DNA of 64,000 nt from Selaginella moellendorffii (lineage: Eukaryota; Plantae; Lycopodiophyta). Positions 51,153 to 64,000 of this stretch are shown here, one piece after another (the stretch's first letter is position 1; each line of letters begins with the position of its first letter). The DNA is taken from the NCBI RefSeq assembly GCF_000143415.4, contig NW_003314264.1, forward strand, positions 1,051,650 through 1,115,649. Direction: 5' to 3'. The position numbers and the translations under genes were made by a program. Below the pieces are notes generated by a model. That model had not been told where the DNA came from and made no database searches. It saw only the letters and a list, made by a program, of their open reading frames with translations.

Positions 51153-54100
51153 GGCCCCAACCCTCCTAAGCAAAGAAACCAAACCTGTCGGTAAGGTTTA
51201 GATAGACTACTGTAAACAAGCAGTTAGAGTTGTTTACATGGTCACACCTTTTTAATGGAATAAGGAACATCGACAAAGAGGCGGGTTATGTGACCAGTCG
51301 ACAGTAGCTACCCCATGACTAGAGATTTCACCATGCACACGAAGTGCCGAAGCCAGTCTGCCTATACTGGCCCAAACTCAAAGATCAATTGATGGACAAT
51401 ATCAAAGTCAGAGACAATGATATCTAAGAAGCTTAATTACTAGTGATTATATCTTAGAGTAGAACATAAAAGTATTCTAAGCAAGTTATCATCCGATAAA
51501 CCAGTAGTATTGTAGATAGGAACCACCAAGATCATCATAATTTGGCAAACATAGGAATGACCATCCAACAAAATTCAATAGCTAGTATATCATCAAGGAA
51601 ACTCAATGATGAAACTTAACTACCGAAGATAGTAGATAGTAAGCCAACAACTTACTAGAGAGAACTCAAAGAACACAAAGTATCATTGACTAACAAGCAC
51701 AATGCTCGCAAATGTATCACCCAAAGGAAATAACATCCAAATCTATCAAAACTAACTCGAGCAACAATCAACAGAAGAGAATGAATGTGGTAAAACCAAC
51801 AAACACTCATGCCTGCCAACTATCACAAAAGTCAATTTGAATAGATCCCAGCCAACAATACCAAGGAACTCAAGTTGCCTAAGCAAGTGTCAGCAACATC
51901 CTACTGACGTCTCAAACCCAAGAGACCAATCCAGAGCAAACCACAAAGAACATGTGGTATTGCGAAAAGCCAAAAGCCATCAAAGAGAACAACCAACTAT
52001 CATAAAAGATCGTCAATTAGCCCATCAATATAGTGATGTATAATCATCGTTGAAGAAAGAATCTACCATCTCGAAGAATAGCAAATAATTCCAAACCAAC
52101 AATAATCAAGCAAAACTTGTGATAAGGACAATCAACTACCCTAGATGATAGTCAATCATCACCAATGATTGCCAGATGCAAAGCCAACTTCAACATCGAA
52201 GCTAATGAGTCAAAATGCCTTCCCCAACAACTTCTAACAAATGGAATAATGAGCATAAAACTCAAAGAACCAAAGCTCGAAGAAGCCTATAGCCAAGTCT
52301 TGCTTAATAATGATCACGAGTCTCATAGAAGCTAACTTCAATGCTAAAGAAGAAATCATGGTGCAACCCATAATGTCTTCTTCAACACATCCATAAGCCA
52401 AACTTCATAATGCCAAAGCTAATGAAGAGCATTTTTGCATCAATCCAAAAGCTAAGCATAATGGAGCTATGCTCAACAAATGATCACTAAATGATCCTCC
52501 ATGAATTCATCTATAGCAAGACGTAACTCACGTCGTAACAAGCACAAGGGAATCATGAATGATCAATATAGTCCAATTTAAACCCAATAAGGATTCAAAC
52601 TTCCCAATATCGATCACTAACTCTTCCACTTGTAGAGTTAGCATAGTCCACGACTGAATCACTTTTCAAGGAAAAGCTAAAGCTCAACCCCTACTAAATA
52701 ATCTCATCTAGAACACAACTAACTCAACTTGCTACTCAGTTCATTTGAACGTCAACACAGTTGCTAACTAGCAAATGCATGAATGCCAACAACACAAAGC
52801 TAAAGCCAAATCATCAACACTATTTTTATCAGAACTAATGAAACTCAATATCAATCCTACAGAGAGACATCTCATTTCACTTGAATCTCAATACCAACAA
52901 TGTGAATGACAAGGCATCACTTTAATGCCATCAACACCAAAACAAAGCTAGAAGAAAGCACGAGTGAATCACCACTCAAAACTCTCCAGCAACCAAGCTA
53001 ACCAAAGTCGAAGATACTTTAGTCAGTATTCGAGACCAATCCTCCAACAAAACTCAGTTACAGGTAACACTTCATCAAAGAGTGATTCACCACGTCCAAG
53101 ACTCAATGAAATCTAACACCACGAACTAAACGCAACCAAATGATATCAACAAAGATAGAGTCGATATGCCAACATGGAAAACCTATGTAAGTCTAACGAT
53201 ACGATCCTCTGCAACACCATCCGGTAAAGCAAGCCCATCACTGCTAAATCATCATTGAGCAAAGCAAGTATCAATAGTCTTTTTGACAAAATCTACAAGT
53301 AATCACTAGTCGCAAAACAACTAACAATCACCCTTCAACTTGCCTTCACAAGACCCGAACACTAACTCATGTCATCGAGTTACATACTTGTCCAACATGA
53401 ACATAATACCCCAGGTACGAGATAAAAGTTCATAGGCAAGCACAAACTAAATGACCACTCGAATCCAACTCAACCGCAATAAGCTTACTAATGCATTTAG
53501 TCAATAGCTCTAAGCATACCTTGAAGAGGCTAGCTATGTGATCAACACTCAGTCGAAACTAAAGTGAAGACCATGAGATGGACTCATATTGGTACACAAC
53601 CTCCTCATAGACAAAGCTATAGTACGGGTACTAACATCTCAACCTCAAACAACTAAGTTGGACATCACCATCCTCAACCAAGGCGCAGGGCCACCAAGAC
53701 CAAGTCAAGATCAGTGAGAGCTCACTACTCTCGTAGAGTCTAACGTAATGCAAGGTGCAACCTGCCACCAAGCACAACACTACAAAAGAAAGGCACAAGG
53801 GTCACCTTTCTTAGAAAAGCGCAACAGCCACTTTTCTACACCAACTCCAGACTCTATCCAACTCAATTGTTTTAGCCCCAAAAGTTAGCATCCCTTTCGG
53901 GTCGCATCATACAAACTACCTACTAAGATCTAAGCCAACCGAAGTCAACTCCAACCCCTTCACTAGTTTGTACTGGCTTTCGAAAATGAAATGGTTTTCG
54001 GACAAAATGATCAATAGTTCAGCCATTGGAAAAGTCTAAGAAAATTTGTGGAAAATTTCCATCCTAGAGAAAGAATAACGCTCAGTCCAGGAATGTAAAC

Positions 54101-56981
54101 TTTCAAGACTCAACCAACTTCCTCCTACCAACAACTTCACATAGGTTCACCTCAACACAAATTCTCATGACCCATAGTATGCTTAAGCCTTGAACATCTC
54201 TACCCATCTAACCGATATCCAACACTGACATCCGCAAAGTACAAAATAAACATCCAAGGCTTGATCACGAAGACCACATCTTCGGATATCCACATTGCAC
54301 TAACACTCTTCTTCAACCACCTTCAAGATCCAATGTGAAGCCAAAACACTAACAAGAAAAATGACATGGAAAATCAAGCTCTAAGGAAACTTCCTCATCA
54401 CTTGAAATAACAATGCCACCTCCACTAACACAAGTGCTAGTGATGTCAATGCCCCAACTACACATCTTCTCCATCCAACAATCTACTCCAAGTGCTAACG
54501 GATCAACCAACAAGCCATAGCAAATGAATGCTATAACCCTTTTCCAACATCTTAATGGGCAAACTCTAGGAAACAAAGTACCTACTTAAGCTTAGCATAA
54601 TGAACCACCATCGAGAATCCAGTCAAAGCTACTACAATGCTACTTCGTGCAAGTAGACTAGCTTCTCCATCAACCACTTTGGGGTTGATCATCATTTAAC
54701 CAAGTAACTTTGTAAACACATTGCTCATTATCACATGGATATGATATAGACATCACAATGACTTGATCATCAATTGAGCAATACCATGAGCAATGTCAAT
54801 GTCATTACTTTAAAGGTTTATGTAAGTATCAAGTGCTAACTCAATTCGACAAAATGCAACATAAATGCCACACTCCACCGATAGAGATTTACAACACCCA
54901 ACATTACTAACTTTTGTTCAGAACACAGACAAGCTCATGCCACTCTCTTTCCGACCAAACTCAACACTAATCCAACACCAAGCTACTCAAGGAGCAATAG
55001 CAAGGTTCCCCTGAAAAGAATTGAGCATTGCAACCCTAGTCTTCCATAGCAAGGTTAGACAAAATGGTATAACGTTTCACTGCTATCCATCCCACAACTC
55101 ACCATTTGTAAGACCATCATCTCCAATATGCATCAAGGTAGGGACTCTTGATTGCATAATGTGAACACAAGCAATGAGTTAACACCTCGTTGCAAATCAT
55201 CTCTCCAAGAAGAGAAAATGATTTACGTATTTGATCCTCTGTCCTCGATGACTCTCTTTTCGATCTCATCTTTGACCAAACCTCAAGCTTGCTTTCGCAC
55301 TGCCTTCAGTTCAATCCAAGAAAAGTTTATGAGAGAGCACGGCAATGATTACTTGAACCAATAGACTATTCCCTACAGTCTTGATTGATCCAATTATAAT
55401 CATGCCTAGGAAGGATCCACTAGTGCCGTGCTAAACAGCTACGGACCAGTCTATTTGCCACTCATAGCAAACCCAAGGAAAGTTTATTTTCACCCATGGT
55501 ACATGGAACAACTCATGGAACCACCGATAGGCTAACATTAATCCTGCCAACTCAAAGTGTAACCTCGAGTTGCTAATGTGCCTCACTCACGAGCCCAAGC
55601 GCAAACTTGTGTAAAGGAACAACTCAGTCCCCCCAATGAGCCCAAGAGCAAGCTCACATAATATGGAACAAAAAGGTAACCAAAACCTATCCCAAGGAAC
55701 CAATGTGAAGTCTTTGCACCAAAACGTGTACCCACTCGGATCATCGTTTTCATCTCTGCGTATGCAACGAGACTAGTTGCCCAATCTCATTGGATAGTTC
55801 TCGCCGAGACTCATCCTCTGATACCAAATGTAGCGCACGTGGTTTTGTCCCTTTATCCTATGGTGATTTACCATAGGATAACACCCGAAGCAGAACCTAA
55901 ACCCTCTTTGTGCCACGTGACAGATGCCACGTGTCACATGCCACGTGTCCATGCCACGTGTCCATAGGAACCCGAGGTTCAGGGCCTTGGGCCACTGAAC
56001 GAAGGAATGGTGCCAAACTCCCAAGCGTGGAGCCAAGGAGTGATGGAACCGGACCACAGAGCAACTCCCGAGCATAAAGCCCAAGGAGCGAAGGGACAGG
56101 GGCCTGGAGCGACTTGGAACAGTCCTGAAACAACCAGCATCCCAATGCCAGGACCAGCACGCAAAACGGAGCCAAACGGAGTCTGGCGCTATTTCGGCAT
56201 ACCGGTGGCCTAACGTGAGAGTATGAGTACTCCACCAGCTAGCATGGAATGGAACTTGGGCTTAGACCCAAGCCGGACGCAGAACAAGGACAGGCACGCA
56301 AGCGAAAGCTAGACTATGCCTCAGGTTGGTCGGCCATGCCCGACCTACCCACTATCCTTATTATACATTGGGAACCCCCCACAGCCCCCCCCCCCCCCCT
56401 TGAGGGACACACGCTTTGGGCTTTCACCCCAAGCCACCCTTAGTACCAGGAGTTAGTCTCTCGGACAAGTTCAAAACTTACTAAATATGGAATGGCCTTA
56501 GATTGCGAATTTGGACACGGGACGAACACTATTGTGTTCAGGCCGACCTCAACATTCCATAGATATGCCAAATGAGCGAATCTAGACACTTTCGATAAAT
56601 AGCATTTGGGACCGAAATGAGACTAATACAAAGGGCGTGATAGCGAGGGTGCTTGGCAGACACGGTAAGCTATCATCCAGCGATATTGAGGGACTAGTCT
56701 CAATACGCGAGGGTTCTTTCCAAGCCAATGCAAGACAGAGCAAAAGAGAACTAAAAGCCAGGCCGAGAATGCTCAGCTAGAAACACATAGGAGTTCCTAC
56801 CTTATGTCCATCTGGCTAAGTACAGATGTTAAGCCCAGTTTACTAACACTTGGACAAGAGTGGCCAATGATGGGAACCAGCAGGACCGACCTCCTGCCAT
56901 CATGGCAGTAAGGAAAGAGTGTCCGTAAGGACCAGTCGACAAGTATCTTTCGATACCCGAAGTCACATTCGCGACACACTA

Positions 56982-59900
56982 TCCTTCCTCGACACTAAAG
57001 GCTAGAGTTTGTATCTTAATTCAACTGAATAATCTCTACTTACCATCTGCTCTGCGACCTACATGGACAATGTTAGAAATGGTAAAAGGTTAGGAATGGA
57101 TGTACTATTATTTACCTGATGGTTTGTCTTGTATGACCTTCCTCCGCTGCTCTTTGGCCACCTCAGGCTGGCCATCGTCGTCATCATCGTCGTCGTCATT
57201 ATTGTGATCGTCACCATTGTGAGGACCATCCAAGTCCTCTTCGTCCTCCTCTTCTTCGTCCTCCTCTTCTTTGTCCTCCTCTTCGTCCTTCTGCTCTTCC
57301 TGCTCATTATCTTTCTCTGGCTCCTCATCCCCCTCCTGCATTTCTTCCATAGGCTGCTCAGGCTGGATGGCTTGTTCTTCCAGGACCATCTTGGGAAAAT
57401 CATCTGGCTGAGTCTCCATCTCAAAATACAAGACATCCATAGCCTATTTTAGTGCGTGACCTAGGACCGTATCCTCACCCGACTGTCTTAACATGGTTTC
57501 TGCACGTTCTTGCACCCTTCGAAGACGACGAGATGAGAAAAACGTGGCCCTGACTTGAAAAGCATCCCTCATCCATTGTACCTCTCCATTGAGATTGGGG
57601 AAGGGGAGTCCGCCATAGGTATCTGAGTCAGGAGGTGGTGACTGGCTGCTTTCACTCAGCCCTTGATCTGCAATGAATGGCATGAGCACACACTCCATAA
57701 CCGCGAGGCATTACCTATCATCTTTTTGTTGCCCTTCTTCCTTTTCGAATCAAACACCTCTGATCCCGATGACTGTCCAACGTGCTTTCGCTTTTTATGA
57801 CCACTGTCAGTTTGAGCTTGGCTGGTGCTTGCCTGTTTTGCCTTTGAAGAAGTGTCTCCTGCAAGGAATGGCATGAGACCACACGCCATTGCAAATATAA
57901 TTTGTACCTCCTTTTTTCCTATTGCTTGTCTGTTTGTCCTTCTTCGATGCGCCACTAGTGCGCTTTTCAGTCCTCGTGTCTAAATATTCACAACGATCTA
58001 TAATCAAAATGGCGTGAGGCCTCACATGACCTTACCTTGTGCAGGTTGTGAGCTCGGCCCAACATGGGTATCTTCAACAGTAGCTGTTAATGCCGTTTCA
58101 GCATCTGGGGGTGGCCACGCTCCTGCATACAGAGCTTGTGAGATAACATTTAAACTTAAAGTGCGTACTCACCAGGTTCGCAGAGAAGATACTGTTTTTC
58201 TTTGGCAACTGTAATTATATGCTCCATTGAAGTCACCTCTTCAATGGAGTTTATCACCGCAACACACGGGACACCCTTGAGTAGTGCGGCTCGAAAGAAT
58301 AGTCCGCCGCAGTTGTACTCGACAACGCATTTGCCCTTGGAGTCGGAAGCAGGTGACCCACCCGCTATTGCGTTGAAGACCCAGCTGAGCATTTCCCATG
58401 CTGCACCTGGAGCTTTCTCTGGATTTGAAAGCTCCATAGCCGTCTTCAGTTCCTCAGGCACGGGTAAATTGACCTCCCTCAGATTAATTCGATCGGCCTT
58501 GTCGAACGAAGCTGGGAAGTCACTCCAGTCCCACTCTGCTGCAGGACCAATAACAAGGGCGAGTGTGAAGATGCGGACATTCGTCGGTATCTTCTTCTTA
58601 GCCATTATCCCATGGATCTCCCGCATCTCCTTGCCTTTCAACCAAGCCTTCACCTCGTTCAAGGCCTTCCAGAACTTGTGATAGGATTCGGAGTCGTAGA
58701 TCATATAGTGGACTGAAGATTCCACCTCCGCAAGTCCCACCATTAAGTCAATGATGGAGCTGACTTCGTCTGCATGAGTGATCTCCTCGTTTGTGAAGTC
58801 CATCACACAAAAGATGTTCTTGACCTGCTCATCTCCGCGGGAAACGATGCTCCTCCACCTTTGATCCTCGTCCGAATTCACGTATACCCGGTAAGGTTCT
58901 CGATAGGCCTCTGCTGCGGGGTCGAGCTGTTTCTGAAGCCGGCGGTTGACATCCCTCTTAATGAAATTTGGATACTAATCCAACTTCTCAGCTTTACTTT
59001 TCGTGGCATCCCACAGCAGATCGATGAACTTGGGGGCCCCCTTCACATACTCGTCGATGTCTTCATTTGACAACTCCAGCTCTTCCATCATCTCTTGCGT
59101 GGTGTCGATGCTCACCCTCTCCACGGCCACTTGCTCGAAGATCCAATCCTTCAATAGCGCACGAGCTCTCAGAGTCGTGCACAAGTCCTCGTATGTCACA
59201 ATATGGCCGGGAGTCATTTTGGTCTTGTTGAAGACTACCTCACCACATAGAAGAGCATTAGCCACTGTCAGAAGGTCATCGTCGTCTAGAGACCGCGAGA
59301 AACGCAAGGCGTTGAGCTTCAAATCATTGGGCTTCCGGCCGTCCTCCACACCCATTGAGTTTAGCAACTCCCCGTCATGGTACCTCCTTAGCACATCTAC
59401 CCATTTGTCAAAAACAACTTTTGTCGTGAGTAGAATGTTATGGATGCTGAGTGTGTCATTGACCCCCAGTGTTTTCGAGAGAAGACTCGAGAATTCCTGC
59501 AATGGAAATGGCGTGAGGCCACATTCTATGCCACATGCAACGAGGCTTACCTGCCAGGCGCTAGTTGCTAGTGCACGTCCTTGTCCTGGTTTTTGTGGCT
59601 TCTTTAGTTGAACCCAGAGCTTCCGTGTTCGTGCCAATGTCTCGTGCAGACCCGATTTGTAGCACGTTTCTTGCTTGACATTCTGCGTGTGGTAGATGTA
59701 TATGATAGATCGGAGGGGCAAGTTGCCTTTTATCAGGCGGACAACTCTTGTCTTGAAGACTTTCTTCACCTCCTTGCCCACCATAATATCCACAACTATC
59801 TCTTGCATCGCCAAGCTAGAATGCTGCCCGGAGACGGCATAGAACCGGATGTTCTGATCGTCCAACACCTTCCTATTGATCAAGTCTGGAAACCTCGTCT

Positions 59901-60971
59901 CGCCCTTCATTGTTCGGTAGTAGAGGATCACGTCTGCAATGTCGGGTGTTACTAGACTTGCCAGCATCTTCTGCTTCAGTTTCTCCACCCACTCATCAGA
60001 TACTAGCCTGTGGTTGTATTTGCTTTGGATGTCGATACGGCTCACGTCGATTGTATATAATTTGTTGGAATAGTAACAAGTACTATTATCTGTGACGATT
60101 TTTGCTGCCTCTTCTTTTTCTTTCTGCTCTTTGCGGCTCTTCTTTTTGGTGGGTGTAGTGTTCGAACCCGAGGCAATGGCATCACCGAGTAGCTTCTTTT
60201 TTGGAGCAGGAGAGTCGGACGTCGGCTTGAGCTTGACCACCCTTTTCTGCTTCGGGGTAGTTTCCAGATTGACCCCCTTCCCCTTCGCTTCGCGAACTGG
60301 AGGCACTCTCAACGGCTCAAAGTTGGAATATAGTTTTTGAACACCGCCGTAGGTGAGGTCTGTGGATTCCATGTGATCTTCATAGACCCGCAGCATCTTT
60401 GAAATTGTGGGCCTCCTGGACAACCTCTCCCTAGCTCCCTCTAGGAATTCCTCATAGCCGCTGCCCCCCTCCGGGAAGCCGCTAAGATGTGCAAGGTGGA
60501 TCTTGAAGGCAGACGCTGTCTCTACCACAAGTGCCAGTCCATATTCTTGCATGGAACTGCATGGAGTGTCTGTCACTTGGATGAGGATCCCCATGCATTC
60601 TTTTCTCCCACCATCTGTGTTGTACAGCCTCAGATCCTCGCCTTCCATCCCGAAAGTCCAACTGGTGAGCTCCTCCCCCTTCTCTGCATCCACATTGACA
60701 GTGGCTGGAAGAAGAACGCAATTCCTCGCCTATTCAGAAATGCACAACAATTAGAGCTGACAGATGAAAAGCTAGCAGCTGGAAATAACGTGAGGCCACA
60801 CGCCATTCACCACTGCATCAGATGTCTTGAGGCTACATCCTAAGATGGCGTGAGGCTACACACCATCTGTAACCGGACTGCACTCGAGAGCCCAATCGGT
60901 GCATGCCAATGTTGCTACTGAATGGCATGTGGCCTCATGCCATTTTCTACTTGGCCTAAAAGACTTACCAT
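56982..60971 (-). pseudogene. transposon cargo gene copy 2 (ParB/Srx-like + MTase-like fold + acidic region)
   Basis: ORFs 58975..60693, 58156..58881, 57444..57698, 57108..57440 match copy 1 with the same introns; TAG at 58975. Confidence 0.78.
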
Positions 60972-63156
60972 TTGAAGCCGAATGGAGGCGTGACAACCGG
61001 ACTCGCTGGCGAATGTGCACTGTGTGTGCAGCGGATCGTAGCAGCAAGGCTACTCTGCCACTTACAGTTGGAGAGTGGCGCTGAAATCTCCCGGGATGCC
61101 AAGTGGGCTGCGTGTGGGTGGCGGAGTGGGCGGCGGAGTTGGCGGCGAAGTTACAAACTGGGTGTGTCTTGAAGTGGACGCCGATGCACACGAGCGCGAT
61201 GCGAGCGCGAGTGTGATGCAAGCGCGAGTGGACACCGATGCACACGAGAAACCTGTAGAGAAGGTAGATGAGCGCGAATGTGAGCGTGATCGCGAGTGGG
61301 AGCGTGATGCGAGCGCGAGTGTGCGAGCGCGAATACAAAGCAAAATGCAAAACCTAACCTCACACGCGCGAAATGTCACGATGGTTGGTAATCCCGCCAC
61401 GTCATCATTCCTCGGACTTGGGCGCCACCATTAATTTCTGGATCGTCGCATGCATGCATGCATGTGAAATCCAAAAGAAATCCGCAACATCATCATTCCT
61501 CGGACTGCATGCACGCGAAATCCAAAAGAAAGATCATGATTGGGATATCATTTAATACCCTCGCTATATTTATACCATGAATGATTGGATATTCCAAAGC
61601 ATCTTGTATTTCCAAAAATGCCAGATGTTCAGCTAAATAAAGAATGGTATACAATGTCCTTCTTGATGACCCTGCAAAGAAGCATCTCGATCGGACACCA
61701 CATGAGACCACACGAGCCTTACAATGTTTCAGGGGCATTTGCCATAGATCCGACCGTTATTTTGCTCCAAGATTCTACAGTTTGGTGTGCATTGACCTTT
61801 CCATCGACACTGCAAAGGGACATTACAATCAGATGCGGGATCACAAGAAACTAACTTCACTAACTCTGGTTTCACCAAGATCTACGTAAGGAGTTATGAA
61901 ATGAAAGGACCCTCTATATTGAAATGTGTTTATGGTCCTAGGGGCATTGTGACATATCAAAGGATTTTGCATCAAGTTCTGTATTTGCATGTTTATCAAG
62001 CTACTGAATTGCTAAACCCTAAACCCTAAACCCTAAACATGTGGCAAATGCTGCGTGAAGAAAGATGCCCTTTCTGGGCAAATGCTGTAAGAGGCAGATG
62101 CCGAGCAGATGTATCTCAGGCTAGCGAAGGGGACAAATGAAAGCTAGCTATAAACATGATGGGATGCAAATAAATTACTAGGCTGATCCTGCGAAAATCA
62201 AAAACCATAATTGAAAACATTGAAATGAAAAAAGAAAGGTTTATAATATTTTTGAATTTTAAGCAACCAAAGGAATGTAAGTAGGGCATGTGTTTGTAAA
62301 TTTAAAAATGCCTCAACCACTTAAATTCCCAAATAAATAAAGCTGTTTCTATTTTTGGTACAGGTAAACTTTATAGCGTGTGGGCTCATGCAATTTTGAA
62401 CCCAAAAATGCACCAAAAAATGCTCAACTAGCATTATTCTTTGAATGGCATGTGGCCTATATTGCCATAAATGGACGTACACACACAGCATAATTATTCC
62501 TTTACACGGCGAATAATCTTGGCGCGGATCGCTGACATGGCATGGCAAAGTTCGAATCACTGACATGGCACAGCTGGATCGAAGCAAGGACATGATGTGA
62601 CAAAGTTCAACCTCCGACAGCAAAGTCTAGAAGCTACTCAGTTTGAAATTTGTCAGAGGAATCATAAGATCTGGTTTGTCAGAGGATTTGATGTGACGTT
62701 CAAGCGTGTGTTATTTTTGAATTCTCGAACTCATTCCTAGGTCTATCATTTTTGTGCGCCGTGTTCTTAGTTCCGCTGAGCGCAGTGAGCGCTGCTTGTG
62801 TAAGCGGCGTTGTGAGCTGTGGTTTATGCGTCTACAAGCGGTTGCGGCATTGCGAGCGCCATTGCGAGCGGCAGTTTATGCGAGTGGCAGTTTGTGCGAG
62901 TGGCGCTACAAGCAGTTGCAGTGTTGCGAGCGGCGCTACGAGTAGTTGCGGTGTTGCGAGCGGCACTGTCTTTGGTGTGGCTACTGCTTCCTCTTGATAT
63001 TCGGCACTTGTGCTTCCTGGTATGTTCACCATGGAATGGCTTAGGACCACATTTAGAAATGGCATGAGGCCACATGCCATCTTGGGCCCTTGCAATTTCA
63101 TGGCTAACGTATTGTCATGTATGTTTTTACTTGCCTGCAGCTGTGTGTATATCAAG

Positions 63157-63347
63157 ATGGCATGAGGCCTCATGCCATCTTTGCCCCTGCTAGCCTATTG
63201 CCATATTCCTTTTGCCTTGCTGCAACAGTATATATTTTTGTATGGGTGACTAGTCACGCACATAAAAATATATACAGTTGCAGCAAGGCAAAAGGAATAT
63301 AGCAACAGGCTAGCAGGGGCCAAAGATAGTGTGAGGCCTCATGCCAT
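63157..63347. repeat. intact 191-bp hairpin upstream of the transposase
   Basis: Near-perfect inverted repeat centred on gtgactagtcac; both arms end in the 22-bp palindrome. Confidence 0.9.
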
Positions 63348-63535
63348 TAGTGGTACCACTAATGGCATGAGGGCTCATGCCAATTTTGTGAATGTGAAAT
63401 TTCACGTGGGTGTCAATAGCATGTTTGAATAATGGCATGTGGCCTCATGCTATTGAGGTTGTTTGGTATGTTATGATTTAGGCCATTCTCCAATCATTTT
63501 TTGTATGGTCTTAACTTCTTTTCTGCACTTTCAGA

Positions 63536-64000
63536 ATGGCCTCCACAAGTGCGACGCATGTTCCCTTCATGGATCTTAAGAACCGTGCTACATGGATTCA
63601 GGCAAAGGTGTTTCTAAACAACCCCGAGGGGGAGGTGGTAGTTGAGGGCTTAGCCACAGTTGTCGATCCAAGAGATGCGGTTGCTAATCAAGAATTGGGT
63701 TGGGATGATATTGGAGTTGCGATTTTAGAGGTTGTTGACACAGAAGAAAACAGTCTGACTATTGGAAGCATTGTGCGGTGGAAATTGAAGCACTTAGTGT
63801 TTGAGAATGTAAAGGATTCACAATCAAACACCACTACAACTGATGACAGAACATCTCTTCATGGGAAAAGAAAGTACACCTTCCTAAAGCGCAGCCAAAG
63901 GGATCTGAGCAACGAACCGAAAAGGCAGAAAATGGTGATGGAGGTTCGAATGGTCTCGACAGTTGCTTGTTGCAAGAGGAGGTGCTGTCAACATGTTGAT
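63536..64000 (+). CDS. 5' part of the Sola-like transposase, copy 2 (in-frame loss of the first N-terminal repeat)
   Basis: MASTSATHVPFMDLKNRATWIQAKV...; open to the window end; matches ~6660-7115 on the minus strand. Confidence 0.75.
   Translation, partial: MASTSATHVPFMDLKNRATWIQAKVFLNNPEGEVVVEGLATVVDPRDAVANQELGWDDIGVAILEVVDTEENSLTIGSIVRWKLKHLVFENVKDSQSNTTTTDDRTSLHGKRKYTFLKRSQRDLSNEPKRQKMVMEVRMVSTVACCKRRCCQHVD

Larger units (their letters stand above)
44925..56976 (-). mobile_element. non-coding LTR family B copy 2 (LARD-like), full length
   Basis: LTRs 44925-45881 (gapped) and 55829-56976 (1148 bp); TSD CACTA; PBS reverse complement ctctgatacca (~55816-55826); PPT at 45882; ~5 kb internal region with no long ORF. 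Confidence 0.92.
42841..64000 (+). mobile_element. TIR DNA transposon copy 2 (inverted relative to copy 1), continuing beyond the window
   Basis: TIR aaaagctctatttcgttaaagtggga at 42841-42866; colinear inverted match to ~6660-7718 + 14333-20930; nested family-B and Gypsy C insertions. Confidence 0.92.

Overview
Repeat-rich eukaryotic genomic DNA from a land plant. The PLS-class PPR genes and very short (~45-55 nt) introns suggest a lycophyte such as Selaginella (inference). The window is a deep nest of transposons. (1) Two inverted copies of a ~11-13 kb TIR DNA transposon (3611-20930 and 42841 to beyond 64000). It encodes a 'DxMDQ / DNxxxENKN / GHTHEDxD' (Sola-like) transposase and, divergently, a multi-exon cargo gene with a ParB/Srx-like domain, a degenerate DNA amino-methyltransferase-like fold and, in copy 2, an FCP1/HAD phosphatase-like domain. 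About 20 copies of a 22-bp palindrome are scattered through it. (2) A truncated MULE element (~32964-39428) that, with an unrelated transposase, also carries a divergent ParB/Srx + beta-class N4C/N6A methyltransferase gene. (3) Several LTR retroelements: a chromovirus with two GT-AG introns in its integrase, a second Gypsy family, a non-coding LARD-like family and a 5S-rRNA-bearing Cassandra TRIM plus a solo LTR. (4) A small cluster of PPR/DYW pseudogenes. Almost all coding sequences carry in-frame stops explained by single C>T/G>A transitions. The most novel signal is the ParB+MTase cargo shared by two unrelated cut-and-paste transposon types. Domain calls are from motif reading by eye, not database searches.
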